Virus record (IMG/VR): IMGVR_UViG_3300035698_017111
Span: 82,773 to 146,772 of that record
Strand: one strand, 5' to 3'
Length of the DNA stretch: 64,000 nucleotides
Source: a virus
Shown: piece by piece, positions 7,657-18,138 of the stretch
Layout: each line of letters begins with the position of its first letter
Numbering within the stretch: the stretch's first letter is position 1
The notes under the pieces: generated by a model
What the model was told of the DNA's origin: nothing
Database searches by the model: none
The model's input: the letters and a program-made list of their open reading frames with translations, nothing else
Made by a program: the position numbers and the translations under genes

Positions 7657-8417
7657 TCCTCTCTCAACTTTTCCATTGTAGCGAAATACTCACGAATACA
7701 ATTTCCACAATGACGACAAGCTGTTGTTCCCTTCTCGCCTTCTACCTTACCACAGGAGTAAACCCAACGATTGTACTTGAACTCAGACATAACTTCTTCC
7801 CATGCTTCTGTTGTTATGGCCCAGTAGCTATTTGTGGTTCTTTTTCTGAAAACATAGTTCTCGACATGGCTCGGAGAATCATCGCCATCACCCTGTGGTA
7901 TAGCATCATCACAATAATAAGCCATAAAGGTGAGAATGACGGGTACTTCTCTTTCTGAATAATGTGCTATTGCTGTTCTAACCAAATCAATATTCCATGT
8001 ATTTGTCCTTATTCGAACAAACATTAGATTATCAGGAATAATATCCAGAAGACAAACAGATTCATCGGTGTATTCGCCTGGGTTTATTGTAAGAACAACT
8101 GGACCATCAAACTCATCAAGCCCGGTTGGAATAGCAGTATTGTAAAACTTCATATCGTAGAACTGACACGAGTCCATAACAAGCTTCTTGTCCACGTTAG
8201 AATCATTACCATCGTTCACTCGAACAATGCGACCCTCTGCGTTATACTTGTCTGGCATATTTGGCAGATTGTCTTTCAATGGCTCAAGATATGAACGGCC
8301 AGATTGAAAAAAACAATCAGGACATTCGTTGGGACATGTACCAGTTTGCGGTATTGCGGCCAGTATTCCACTGTCTTTTGTTTTTGGGTTAATTTTGTAA
8401 CCCGCAGATGCTTCCAT
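7653..8417 (-). CDS. Radical-SAM-like Fe-S protein
   Basis: CxxxCxxC motif CPNECPDCFF, RVNDGND, C-terminal CRHCGNC. Confidence 0.6.
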   Translation of the reverse strand: MEASAGYKINPKTKDSGILAAIPQTGTCPNECPDCFFQSGRSYLEPLKDNLPNMPDKYNAEGRIVRVNDGNDSNVDKKLVMDSCQFYDMKFYNTAIPTGLDEFDGPVVLTINPGEYTDESVCLLDIIPDNLMFVRIRTNTWNIDLVRTAIAHYSEREVPVILTFMAYYCDDAIPQGDGDDSPSHVENYVFRKRTTNSYWAITTEAWEEVMSEFKYNRWVYSCGKVEGEKGTTACRHCGNCIREYFATMEKLRED

Positions 8418-8496
8418 AGTATTTCTCCTTTTATGTTACTATACGACATTATACCCAGTAACTTAAGAAAAAACCTTCATAATAGCATAAGAAAAG

Positions 8497-8523
8497 GGTG
8501 ATGATCCGAAGACCATCACCCCA
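8497..8523 (-). terminator. Terminator after the major capsid gene
   Basis: GGGTGATG..CATCACCC hairpin followed by TTTTCTT on the minus strand. Confidence 0.7.
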
Positions 8524-8550
8524 TAGATGACTATAAACACTGGGTTTAGA

Positions 8551-9423
8551 TTACGATGTTGCTGTAACGTTAACCTTAGCGATTGCATAATCATTAATAA
8601 CAATAATTCCTAATTCCTCATATATAACCCACCCTAATCTAAGCTCTCTTGGGTTATCTGCGGGAAGGACGGTGATGTCCTGACGGACTGGGATTGCACC
8701 GACATACTCGGCTGGTGCAAGGAGATACACGCTACCAGGTGTGACCCTGTGCGAAACGTGGATATCTGCAGTCCAGATGTGTCCGAATAGACCACTCATA
8801 AGAACGTCACGTCTTGTTGCTTCGTCGAACACATCACGTCCGAAAAGACGGACATCAGCATACTGCTGAGGATGCATAACGATTTTTGCAACGGTCAAGT
8901 CATGCGACTCGATTAGAGAGAAAGCATAATTCAGTGATGCGACCTGAAGGTCACCCGACTGGGTGATTGTCTGATTTGTTCTAACTGCGGCGTTAATATC
9001 AGTAAGAATTTCAGTATCTTCCAGTTTTTGAATAGCTTCCTTTGCCTTCATTTGTGCCCTATCAACGATATAAAAACGACGGGCCTTGATCTCACTCAAA
9101 CGGATCTGAGGATTGACAGCGATTTCAAACGTGGGAACCAAGACTTCCTCACCTTCGGTGATTCTATCTGGGACTGCACCACGACGAGAGATAACGTATG
9201 CAACACTTGCAACGTCTTTCTCGTAGCGGGCGAGTGCCCCTTGGGGCAACTCGTCAACCATCAAAAGCTTACGTCCAATTGCCTGGTATTCCAATGCACG
9301 TTTGATTGGTTCTACCATGGCTTGAGCGAGAGCAACACGACCTTCCGGCGTCTCCAACGCTTGGGCGATGACAGCCTCACGCTGTTCATCAGTATAGTTG
9401 GATTTTAACATAGCCATTGTCAT
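8551..9423 (-). CDS. Major capsid protein (HK97 fold)
   Basis: GRVALAQAMVEPI...RKLLMVDELPQGALARYEKD...LGWVIYEELGIIVIN. Last gene of the head operon; probable start ATG at 9423 after GGAG, shorter than the tracked ORF. Confidence 0.85.
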   Translation of the reverse strand: MTMAMLKSNYTDEQREAVIAQALETPEGRVALAQAMVEPIKRALEYQAIGRKLLMVDELPQGALARYEKDVASVAYVISRRGAVPDRITEGEEVLVPTFEIAVNPQIRLSEIKARRFYIVDRAQMKAKEAIQKLEDTEILTDINAAVRTNQTITQSGDLQVASLNYAFSLIESHDLTVAKIVMHPQQYADVRLFGRDVFDEATRRDVLMSGLFGHIWTADIHVSHRVTPGSVYLLAPAEYVGAIPVRQDITVLPADNPRELRLGWVIYEELGIIVINDYAIAKVNVTATS

Positions 9424-9494
9424 AAGCTCCTTTTGTGTAAAATGTGAAAGTTTTTTTATACAGACCTTTCTATGATCTGTTTCAATCAACAAAC

Positions 9495-10064
9495 TTAGAC
9501 CGTAAGTTTGATTTTAACCCACGTTCTCGGAGTATCATCCGATGCGAGGTTAGATGTAAGGGGTTCGTACTCTCCGGGGATTCCACCGTCGAGAGCAGCT
9601 GCAGCGGTAACACAAACAGCAACAGTAACTGTGCTTGTAGATGTGTGTGTCAACTTACCAGCGGTTGCACCAGAGCTATTCTCTGTGTAGAGAACGGTAC
9701 CTGGAGTTGTGGTAGCACCAGTCGAGATAACACCAGAAATGGTAGAACCAGCTGGTGTCTGAAGTGCACTATCATCAACGTCAACGAAAAATTCGCCGCC
9801 ACTGTGATAGATGGTCATCATGCCGCTTGCACGAGTATCGTTACCAGAGTCACTGACACGGTTCACCCACTCATATGCTTCACTTGCACGATTTCTATCG
9901 CCAGCAAGACCGATACATGCGATGTCGGATCCATATGCTCTAACAGCTTGACCATCAGAGTTAAGACCAACAGCCATACCCGACTCGAAGTCGTTAGTGT
10001 TTGTCGTAATCGTTGCACTAATGGGAACCATAGATGAAACGACGTGGTAGACAGGAATAATCAT
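9495..10064 (-). CDS. Capsid decoration/cement-like protein
   Basis: Ser/Thr/Gly-rich beta-type protein immediately upstream of the MCP; start after AGGAGG at 10064. Confidence 0.6.
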   Translation of the reverse strand: MIIPVYHVVSSMVPISATITTNTNDFESGMAVGLNSDGQAVRAYGSDIACIGLAGDRNRASEAYEWVNRVSDSGNDTRASGMMTIYHSGGEFFVDVDDSALQTPAGSTISGVISTGATTTPGTVLYTENSSGATAGKLTHTSTSTVTVAVCVTAAAALDGGIPGEYEPLTSNLASDDTPRTWVKIKLTV

Positions 10065-10094
10065 TTTCTTCTTCCTCCTTGGGAATTCCACACC

Positions 10095-11462
10095 TTAGTC
10101 TTTTTGATGTGGTACATAGTTTTCATATTCAGCCATCTTCTTACCTAGGGTTGTTGAACCCATAAGAATTGCTTTCATATCATCTTCGCCAGTTTGACCA
10201 ATTCCATCTTGCGGGATAACAATTGCTGTTGCGAGACCGGAGTCTCCCCTATTAACTTCAGCTGTAACCTGCTTTCTGGTTTCGGCCGCTTGTTGCTTAA
10301 TGACATCAAGTTCTTCAACGGCAGTTTCAATGGCGTCAATATTCATTTTTCTAACGGTATCTTCAACCTTCTGGTTGAATGTTTCCGCAGATGCGTATTT
10401 TGCGGGGTTGAGGTCTCTCAGGCTAAGTGCATAAGCATTTGCAGCCTTCTGACGCTCTGTGCGGATTTTGTAACGGCTATTTTCTACTTTAAGTTGCGAA
10501 ATTTCCTCTTTTGCTTCTTTCAACTGTCTGTCCAGTTGACTAATTCGTAGATTGCTGTCCTTGGCGGCTTCTTTGTCGTCGTCGTCTTTGTCGTCGTCTT
10601 TACCTTTTTCAAGCCATGGGGGAAGTTTCTTCTTCCCTTTGTCGTCGTCTTTGTCGTCGTCGTCTTTGTCTTTTTCAAGCCATGGGGGAAGTTTCTTCTT
10701 CCCTTTGTCGGACTTCTCGTCTTTTGCGTCTTTGGATTCGTCTTTTGAGTCTTCTTTATCTTCATCACCTTCGTCTTCTTCTTCTTTAGCTATCGTAAGT
10801 TTCTGATACATTTCGGCTTCGGGACGGACCTCAATATTGTGGTCGGCGTCTGCTGCATGATTTTCTTTTGTTCCAGCACCAGCTGGCTTCTCAGAAGGGG
10901 TGAATTCTTGTACATAGGTATCTGGTTTGTTAGAAGTAGCTTTATCACCTTCTTCAGCTTCAAACGAAGTCGAATCGGAGCCCTTCAATCCAGAATTACC
11001 TTTTGATCTTGGAACTACGTCAGTATGGGAGTCTTCTCCACCTTTACCTCTGTCATAAGTTCCATCACGAACCTCTTTTGGGTTTTTAACATCGTCTCTT
11101 CCAACATCGATTTCTGGTTTCGACTTTTTCTCATCTCTTGGAACTTTGAGATCAGGATCTGATCTGTCGCCAGAATCGGTGGGTTCGGTTTGTTTGCTGT
11201 CGGAGGTCTGAGCAGTTTTAACTTCAGCAACTGTTTTCCTATAAGTTTTAACATCATCACCCTCACCATAACGACCATAAACATGACCTGTTTTAGGATC
11301 GTACTTGACTGCAGTAAGAGTCAGTCCGTTTTTCTCTTCAGGAAGCATGGAAGTAAAATGATCCGATACTTCTGATGCAGTTGCTTTACGGACTTTGCCT
11401 TCGCCCAAGTGGACGATAACCGTACCATTAGTAAACATGGCAGTTTTAATCTTATCAGACAT
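10095..11462 (-). CDS. Head scaffolding-like protein
   Basis: Disordered D/K-rich middle, LPPWLEK repeats, C-terminal coiled coil; located between the protease and the MCP. Confidence 0.6.
   Translation of the reverse strand: MSDKIKTAMFTNGTVIVHLGEGKVRKATASEVSDHFTSMLPEEKNGLTLTAVKYDPKTGHVYGRYGEGDDVKTYRKTVAEVKTAQTSDSKQTEPTDSGDRSDPDLKVPRDEKKSKPEIDVGRDDVKNPKEVRDGTYDRGKGGEDSHTDVVPRSKGNSGLKGSDSTSFEAEEGDKATSNKPDTYVQEFTPSEKPAGAGTKENHAADADHNIEVRPEAEMYQKLTIAKEEEDEGDEDKEDSKDESKDAKDEKSDKGKKKLPPWLEKDKDDDDKDDDKGKKKLPPWLEKGKDDDKDDDDKEAAKDSNLRISQLDRQLKEAKEEISQLKVENSRYKIRTERQKAANAYALSLRDLNPAKYASAETFNQKVEDTVRKMNIDAIETAVEELDVIKQQAAETRKQVTAEVNRGDSGLATAIVIPQDGIGQTGEDDMKAILMGSTTLGKKMAEYENYVPHQKD
10604..10710. repeat. 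41-nt exact direct repeat, period 66 nt (DKGKKKLPPWLEK x2)
   Basis: CTTTTTCAAGCCATGGGGGAAGTTTCTTCTTCCCTTTGTCG at 10604 and 10670. Confidence 0.9.
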
Positions 11463-11509
11463 GTGCTTTTCTCCTCTTAATTTGAGTTACTCGAAGTCTG
11501 TATTGTAGT

Positions 11510-11541
11510 TATTCGTTAACTTCTTTTTAATTACCTTTATT
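11510..11541 (-). promoter_or_regulatory. Putative late promoter AATAAAGG-N19-GAATA
   Basis: The same spacing recurs at 17593-17623, 18094-18123 and 31865-31896, each upstream of structural genes. Confidence 0.55.
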
Positions 11542-11563
11542 TTTTTAACTTTATTTCACTTTT

Positions 11564-14500
11564 TTACTCTGCTTCAACTGTAGCCTCTGGTTGAGTTTCT
11601 GTTTCTGTCTTAACTTCTTCTTCCATAGAATTTTCTTCCATTGGAAGTCGATACATCTCACCAGATTCAAGGTCCATGACGAACACGAAATCGTCTTCAA
11701 TCATGCCTTCAAGATTTGATTCTTCAACACCCTTGGACTGTGCGACTTTCTTAATTGCGTTAGCTACAGCTGCTCCAAGGTGGTTGTCTTCTGACGAAAC
11801 TGGAGTTGGGGCAATCTGGTTGTCGTCCTGGAATTCTTGGACATAACTATCGGGGTTACCAGAAGTTTGTTTATCTCCAGATTCTTCATCAAACGATACA
11901 GACTCTCCACCAATGCCATCACCAGAACCATCACGAGGAACTACGTCAGTATGAAGATCTTTTCCACCTGGTCCAAGATCGTATGCTTCTTCTCTAACCT
12001 TGGTAGGACTATCTACATCAGGACGTTTAACATCTATTTCTGGTTTTGCTTTTTCTTCCTTGCGAGGAACGTCAAGTTTATCACCAGTAGGTTCTTCTTT
12101 TTCTGCCTGCTCACTATCAACTGGTTCTGTCTGACCAACCTCGGAAGTCTGAGCTTTTACAACCTTCTTGTCTTTGCTTGCCGTTTTGTCATCTTTGTCA
12201 TCTTTGTCGTCTTTTTTACACTTTGGATCACATTCACATGGACACTTTTTACAGGTCTTGCATGGTTTTCCACGACCTGTTCCAGGACCATCACCATCTG
12301 GTCCTGTGCCGTCTCTGTTTCGTGCGACCTTCATCCATTCGTTGGTAGAAGCTTCCTTGGGGGTTTCTTCCTGAGGGGTAGGTTCTTGAACCTCAACACC
12401 TCTTTCAGTTCCCTGAACGACATCTTCTTCGGCAAGAGTGCTTCCGGCTGCTGTGCCGTGCATTTCTTTTGCTTCATTTTCACTATCGTTCGTATCAAGA
12501 TCCACTTCGCCATCGTCTACAATGCCTTGATCCTCATCACGAGGAACATCTGCTTCTGTGTCGAGAGGCATACTAATTGCCTGTGCGACTGCAGAAAGAT
12601 CCAAGTTCATTCCGGCACTCTGTGTCTGCGAACCAACCTGACCACCTCTAAGGAGTTCGGTTGTATTCTTCGACACATTATGGATATCTTCTTCTGTCAT
12701 CGGTTCGGTATCTGTTTCTAATTCATCTTCTTCAACTTCCATCTCAAGACCATCACTAAAGAGGCTGTTCATGATTCCAACTTCTTCTGCCTCTGGTTCT
12801 GGTGCTTCGTCGATAATGACATCTTCTTCAACGTCTTCGCCTGGACCTTCGTCCTCTAACATTGGAGGCTCTTCGTCGGTTTCAAAAGTCTCAGTAATTT
12901 CAAGGATTTCTTCTGGGTCTCCATCTTCAGAACCTTCTCCACCAGCGACTGGCAGTTCTACTTCAACTTCGTTACCTTCAGTATCAGTAATTGAAAGTTC
13001 AATCTTCTCGATGCTATCGGAGTTAAACGAACCAGATCCCTCACCCAACTCTTCACCTAATTCATCAACAGGCTCATCGTCAAAGATCTCTTCAAGTCCG
13101 TCATCATCTCCGAAGTCAACTGCATCTTCTTCTGTCTCGTCAATATCTTCCTCAAAATCAACACTATCGACTTCTTCTTTGTCTGTATCTTCGAAGTTTT
13201 CTTCACCGAACTGTGCTGTTTTTCTCAAGTCTTTAATCGAGGCACAGATTTCAATTGCGTCTTCATCGGCATATCCAGTGGCAACCTGATCTGACATGCA
13301 GTCAAGCCAAGGATTGTCACCAAGAACAGCTGCGATCTTCTGAATTTGTTCTCTATGTGAAAGAATCTTATGAAGAGCGTCTTTCACTTCGTCACAGTTA
13401 TCACATCCTGCGTTCACTGCATAACCACCAACGGAATTTACTTTCTCTGAGATGCTAAGGTTAGGTTCAACGGTTAAAATAACTTTCATCTTATCTTCTT
13501 CACGAGAAGCACTCACGTGGGTTTGGCAACCACAACTCACACAGGCTCCGAAACTGTCCTTAAATGCGACCTTTTGACTACCACACTGTGGACAAATTGT
13601 TCCGATTGGCGAAAGAGCGATCTTAGAAATCTCATCACTATCGTTTTCTGGATCAAATATTGCTTTTGTATCGGTAACAAGTTCTGCACCGCGAATAAGT
13701 CTATCTGCTGGAAGTTCCATGGAGAACTGCAACGATGCTGTTTTAATCCAATCGTTTGCTCCACCAACTGCTCCAGGTGCACCCATCTGATCTGCACCAC
13801 CGGGAGCTGCCGGAGCGGGCATACCAGCTGGTTGTGCGTTAATCATTTCATTTGTTTCGTCTACTGCATCTGGCTCCATCTCTTCTTCTTCACCACCGGG
13901 CTCGCCACCTGCTATTCCTGCGTCACCGATAACTTCAGGATTCAGGATATCGAGATTAACTGCGACAGAGTATTCAAGACCACAAGAGTTACACTTATAA
14001 TCTCCACCCATTGCGTCAACATCATCTGATGCACAGAGAGGACAAATAGAACCAAATGGTTTTGCTGCATACTCATCCATATCTCCATCTTCTGGTCCAA
14101 GTTCATCAAGACCTTCTGGAGCTGGGGCACCAAGAGACTCGACACCAGCACCTGGAGCAGGCATTCCACCCATATCAGGTGCTCCCTGAGGAGCTGGCAT
14201 TGTAGTACCGGCTGGGCTTTGTGCCAAACGTTCTAATTTCTCTTTAGTACCTGCGGCGAGTTCTGTTCCAACTGGCTCTTCCATGGCAGGAGCTTGATCA
14301 ACCATCTTATTTCCTGGTTGTGGTGCTTCTTGCATGTTATTTCTTGAGTCGTATGACTGAGGTGTATGTTCTTTTTCAACAGTCGATGTAAACGTTGCTG
14401 TTGCTTTGACATTACCAACCTGATCAATTTCGATGTTATTTAACGAAACATCTTCTTTACCCTTAAGGATGCTTCCAGAAAGCCAATTTCTAATAGCTGC

Positions 14501-17161
14501 TCTTCCTTCAGGAGTATTTGCCTGATCGGAACTATTTAAACCGGCTTCGGATAACTGAAACATAATAGTTGTTTCGTTGCTCTGCACGTCTGAGATATTT
14601 GCTGCATGAATTTTTTTCCATGCATCTCTGATGGAAGCTTCTCTTGATTCCTCAACGGTTTCATCTTTAACCTGATTCTTGGCGATGTTTTTAAGTTCTT
14701 CAATCTTCTCATCGGCAAGCTTCGAAACTTCGTCGGACAATGCCTGTGGGTCTTCGTACATGACCTTGATTGTCTCTTCAAGAAGTGGGCTAATTGACTC
14801 TACATCATCAATTTGTTCCGAGATAGCCTTTTCGGCAATGTCGGAAACGTCATTAATAGTAAGTTGAGCTTTCTTAGAAATGCTCTCTTTCGGAGACTGT
14901 ATTCCGGCGACCTTGATCGGAGCAGCACTGAGAGTTTTCGGAGAAATTCTTTCACTAACGACAACATTGGAGAGACCAGTAAGTATTGCTTGTATGACAG
15001 TATCGGCAGCAGATGCGTTATGTGGGGAAGCGTCGGAAGCGATTGGACTGTCTGTACCTTGACGATGTCCTTCGAGCTGTCCTTCGCCAACTTCATCTGC
15101 GGCTTTGCCGAGACGATCTTTGCCTTCAAACTGTTCTTCAGTAATAGGCAATTTATCACCGTCACGAGCTTCTTCATCCCATCTATCTGCAGTTCCACCG
15201 TTTTCAGCAAGCTGACGTTCACCGACTTCTTTTGGTGTAGCTTGATCTGATTCGTCACGGTCTGAACCGAAGTTTGTTGGGCGAGAAGTGTCGAGCTGGG
15301 TTTCTGTGACTTCAAGGTTTTCTTTAATACCGTCAGGTCTTACCCTGCTGAAATCACCCTTACCAGTTTCTGGAGTCTGTTTGATGTCTTCCAACTGTTT
15401 TTCAGTTGTGACACCAACTTGGCCAGTGGCCAAAGACTCATCATTCTTTCTTTCGAAGTTCCCACTCAGTCCCTCAAGTTGACTCTCTCCGACTTCGTCA
15501 ACAGGAGGTGCATTGGTTAGGAGGGCTTCTTGTGTAATTTTTTGGTCTTTTGCACTCATTTTAATCTCTCCATTTTCAAAATATTTGTTTGACAACTGTT
15601 CGATTAATCTTCCAGCCATAACTTGCGGATTTACTTTCATCAAAGAAACAAGCTCATCTCCCAGTTGTTCTGCAGTAAGAATTGCAACTTCTTTTCCACT
15701 AACAGATCCCTTAATCCCCTTGTTGGGGTCAAGAGTCACAGAGTAAGGGCCATCCACGATAATCATTGGTTCTTCCTCTGAAGCTTGCTTCTCCAAAATG
15801 TCAGCAAATTTTCCACTAATCTGGTTGCTTGCAACCATTCTTGCTTTTTCTTTGGAAGTAGGCATATTATCGGTTCTCCTTGAACACTCTGTTTTAAGGG
15901 CAGTAATCCCTCTAACTAAGTTATTTAATTCTGACTTCAATGTACTTAATCCCTCTATGTAATTAGCTGTTTTGATATTTCTTTCACTCGACATAGTCGG
16001 TGTAAGAGGGGGTGCTGCACCTGGGGCAGCGGGAGCGGGTGCTGCGGGAGCTTGTGCTGCGGGAGCTGCAGGAGCCGCCGGAGCTGAATCTTCTGGAGTT
16101 GCTTCTGGCATTCCTAATCCTCCACCAGCATCTCCACCACCTTGCTCTGGAGTGGCATTTTCTTCTCCACCTTGATTGGCAAATCCTGCTTCCACCAGGT
16201 CGAGGATCAGGTTCTGTAGATCCGAAAGCAGGCCACCAATCTCTTCTAAGAACTCAAAGTCAACATCTTTTGAGCCCAATATTTGTTCAGCAACTTCTCT
16301 AAGTAGATCAAGGGACCTGTTGAGTTTGTCAACATCTTCTCCTCTTGCGGTTCTACTAATAGAAGCAACTTTCTTCAATCCGACTAAACTATCATTACCT
16401 TCCCTCAGAACACTGGTAAGTTTATCAAGTAGTTCAGGTCCAGTAAATACATTTTGAACGGTACAGTTTTCACATGCACCGTCTGTTACAGCACTGAGTT
16501 CAATAAACTTAATGCCATAATTTGATTCATAGACCTTCTTACCCTTAATTGTTTTACCTTTATGACTTCGAACGTGTGAGCAGTAGTCAGCTTCAGTGGA
16601 TGCTCTATTCTTACAAACAGAACAAACACTTTCTTTTACCGCACAACCCATGGAAACGTCATTAATGTATCCTTGACGTATACCTCTTGCTAATTCTGGA
16701 TACGCTTTAGCGTCAACCATTGTGTCGGTATAGATACAATGGTTATCTAAATCGTAGAATGCAGAAACGATTTTTCCCTTGGCTTGTTCAATGTCATCAT
16801 TTTTATGGTTGGTAAAGAAGGCACAATTGACAAAAGTCTCAAAAGCCTTCAGACCAGTCTCTTCACAAACTGATAAAAGTTCTTCTTCTGAGAAATAATC
16901 ACCATTATCATTCGCACCATGAAACATTTCACCAGTGGCATCTGATCCACCAGCATCAATGGCACGGGCACGAAAAATAATCCATTCTTCTGGATTCCTG
17001 TCCTCTAGTTCGGAAACTAGATTAAGTGAATTAGAAGCATGGAGAAGGTTTTCACTGATATCATGCTTAATGAATGCCATTCTCTTAGGCCCATGAAGCA
17101 ATATGTCCCGATCAATTGTAGATGAGGCAATAATTCTAAGATTGGCTGTCTTATAAATCAT
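11564..17161 (-). CDS. Giant capsid maturation protease / scaffold fusion (1865 aa)
   Basis: N-terminal ANDNGDYF...FTNHKN...KGKI...DVSMGC..CSVC..YCSH...FIELSAV prohead-protease-type block, followed by Zn ribbons (CPLC, CPQC) and long acidic low-complexity regions. Confidence 0.7.
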   Translation of the reverse strand: MIYKTANLRIIASSTIDRDILLHGPKRMAFIKHDISENLLHASNSLNLVSELEDRNPEEWIIFRARAIDAGGSDATGEMFHGANDNGDYFSEEELLSVCEETGLKAFETFVNCAFFTNHKNDDIEQAKGKIVSAFYDLDNHCIYTDTMVDAKAYPELARGIRQGYINDVSMGCAVKESVCSVCKNRASTEADYCSHVRSHKGKTIKGKKVYESNYGIKFIELSAVTDGACENCTVQNVFTGPELLDKLTSVLREGNDSLVGLKKVASISRTARGEDVDKLNRSLDLLREVAEQILGSKDVDFEFLEEIGGLLSDLQNLILDLVEAGFANQGGEENATPEQGGGDAGGGLGMPEATPEDSAPAAPAAPAAQAPAAPAPAAPGAAPPLTPTMSSERNIKTANYIEGLSTLKSELNNLVRGITALKTECSRRTDNMPTSKEKARMVASNQISGKFADILEKQASEEEPMIIVDGPYSVTLDPNKGIKGSVSGKEVAILTAEQLGDELVSLMKVNPQVMAGRLIEQLSNKYFENGEIKMSAKDQKITQEALLTNAPPVDEVGESQLEGLSGNFERKNDESLATGQVGVTTEKQLEDIKQTPETGKGDFSRVRPDGIKENLEVTETQLDTSRPTNFGSDRDESDQATPKEVGERQLAENGGTADRWDEEARDGDKLPITEEQFEGKDRLGKAADEVGEGQLEGHRQGTDSPIASDASPHNASAADTVIQAILTGLSNVVVSERISPKTLSAAPIKVAGIQSPKESISKKAQLTINDVSDIAEKAISEQIDDVESISPLLEETIKVMYEDPQALSDEVSKLADEKIEELKNIAKNQVKDETVEESREASIRDAWKKIHAANISDVQSNETTIMFQLSEAGLNSSDQANTPEGRAAIRNWLSGSILKGKEDVSLNNIEIDQVGNVKATATFTSTVEKEHTPQSYDSRNNMQEAPQPGNKMVDQAPAMEEPVGTELAAGTKEKLERLAQSPAGTTMPAPQGAPDMGGMPAPGAGVESLGAPAPEGLDELGPEDGDMDEYAAKPFGSICPLCASDDVDAMGGDYKCNSCGLEYSVAVNLDILNPEVIGDAGIAGGEPGGEEEEMEPDAVDETNEMINAQPAGMPAPAAPGGADQMGAPGAVGGANDWIKTASLQFSMELPADRLIRGAELVTDTKAIFDPENDSDEISKIALSPIGTICPQCGSQKVAFKDSFGACVSCGCQTHVSASREEDKMKVILTVEPNLSISEKVNSVGGYAVNAGCDNCDEVKDALHKILSHREQIQKIAAVLGDNPWLDCMSDQVATGYADEDAIEICASIKDLRKTAQFGEENFEDTDKEEVDSVDFEEDIDETEEDAVDFGDDDGLEEIFDDEPVDELGEELGEGSGSFNSDSIEKIELSITDTEGNEVEVELPVAGGEGSEDGDPEEILEITETFETDEEPPMLEDEGPGEDVEEDVIIDEAPEPEAEEVGIMNSLFSDGLEMEVEEDELETDTEPMTEEDIHNVSKNTTELLRGGQVGSQTQSAGMNLDLSAVAQAISMPLDTEADVPRDEDQGIVDDGEVDLDTNDSENEAKEMHGTAAGSTLAEEDVVQGTERGVEVQEPTPQEETPKEASTNEWMKVARNRDGTGPDGDGPGTGRGKPCKTCKKCPCECDPKCKKDDKDDKDDKTASKDKKVVKAQTSEVGQTEPVDSEQAEKEEPTGDKLDVPRKEEKAKPEIDVKRPDVDSPTKVREEAYDLGPGGKDLHTDVVPRDGSGDGIGGESVSFDEESGDKQTSGNPDSYVQEFQDDNQIAPTPVSSEDNHLGAAVANAIKKVAQSKGVEESNLEGMIEDDFVFVMDLESGEMYRLPMEENSMEEEVKTETETQPEATVEAE

Positions 17162-17173
17162 ATGTGATTCTCG

Positions 17174-17311
17174 CTATTGTATTTCAGCAGCAGTCGTAAA
17201 GTCAGTTACGAGGGCAGAGGCATGCTCTGTTCCTAATAACTGCTTTAGATACTGATGAAGCTTCACCCTATCCCCATCAGATAATTCTGAAATTTTGACG
17301 AATCCACCCAT
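17174..17311 (-). CDS. 45-aa structural-module protein not in the ORF track (MGGFVKISELSDGDRVKLHQYL...)
   Basis: AGGAG SD; paralogous to the adjacent 56-aa ORF. Confidence 0.75.
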   Translation of the reverse strand: MGGFVKISELSDGDRVKLHQYLKQLLGTEHASALVTDFTTAAEIQ

Positions 17312-17326
17312 TGATGGGTTCTCCTA

Positions 17327-17497
17327 TTAAGCCTTTGTTTCTTTCGAGGAGGCCTCAACATCGATAGCTTTTCCATCTGGTTTGAAGTCAGTCGTAAGGG
17401 CACCTGCGAATTCACTGCCCCACAATTCACCCCAATACTTACGGAGTTTTGTTCTGTCTTTTCCAGAAAGCTCAGATACTTTAACAAACTGTTCCAT
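17327..17497 (-). CDS. 56-aa structural-module protein not in the ORF track (MEQFVKVSELSGKDRTKLRKYWGELWG...)
   Basis: AGGAG SD; paralogous to 17174-17311 and to the second half of 28462-28944. Confidence 0.78.
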   Translation of the reverse strand: MEQFVKVSELSGKDRTKLRKYWGELWGSEFAGALTTDFKPDGKAIDVEASSKETKA

Positions 17498-17661
17498 TGT
17501 GATTCTCCTTAATCGGATTATTGAAGATAGAAAACCAATGTTCCTGATACTTCTTTGTCAAGAACACTGAGATAACCCTTTCTCTATTCAATTTACGGAA
17601 AACTAAATCGTTTTCCCTTTATTATTTTTGATTATCTGCATTTTTTTTAGTATTAATTTTA

Positions 17662-18051
17662 TTAGAACGATTCAAACTTCCTATACAACCAAACATTCAC
17701 ACTCGTTGCACCAGATGCTAATTTAATTCTAATCCATGGATATGGTAAATTGGTTGCATACGAATCTGTAGAACCACTAAGGGTCATTGAATCTATTTCA
17801 TGCCACAAGCCAGATTGCGGAGAGGCACTTGCTTCAACAGTTACGTCTCCTGTTCCATCTGCCATTACAACAAATCCACTAGATCTCATTGTTCTAAAAG
17901 GTCCACCATATGTGTCAACAGAAGCATTGGCATCTGCGAATACTTGCAGTTCAGGTGCATCTTTTTTAGCATGGACATCTGTCCAATTGCCAAATCTGGG
18001 ATCTGTAGTGGGATTTATATCTCCCCTGGGTCCTGGTTGTCCACTAGCCAT
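17662..18051 (-). CDS. Putative virion structural protein
   Basis: GAGGAG SD, late-promoter motif, beta-sandwich-like sequence ending PYPWIRIKL. Confidence 0.6.
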   Translation of the reverse strand: MASGQPGPRGDINPTTDPRFGNWTDVHAKKDAPELQVFADANASVDTYGGPFRTMRSSGFVVMADGTGDVTVEASASPQSGLWHEIDSMTLSGSTDSYATNLPYPWIRIKLASGATSVNVWLYRKFESF

Positions 18052-18138
18052 TCTAATATCTCCTCAGTAAGATCCGTTCTTATGCGTATAAGGTTCACTA
18101 ATAACTTCGTGTTTCCCTTTATTTATTGCAATATATTT

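Noticed and set aside
17263-17487. 74-aa ORF in the track
   Set aside because: It overlaps two SD-led paralogous ORFs in other frames that are better supported.
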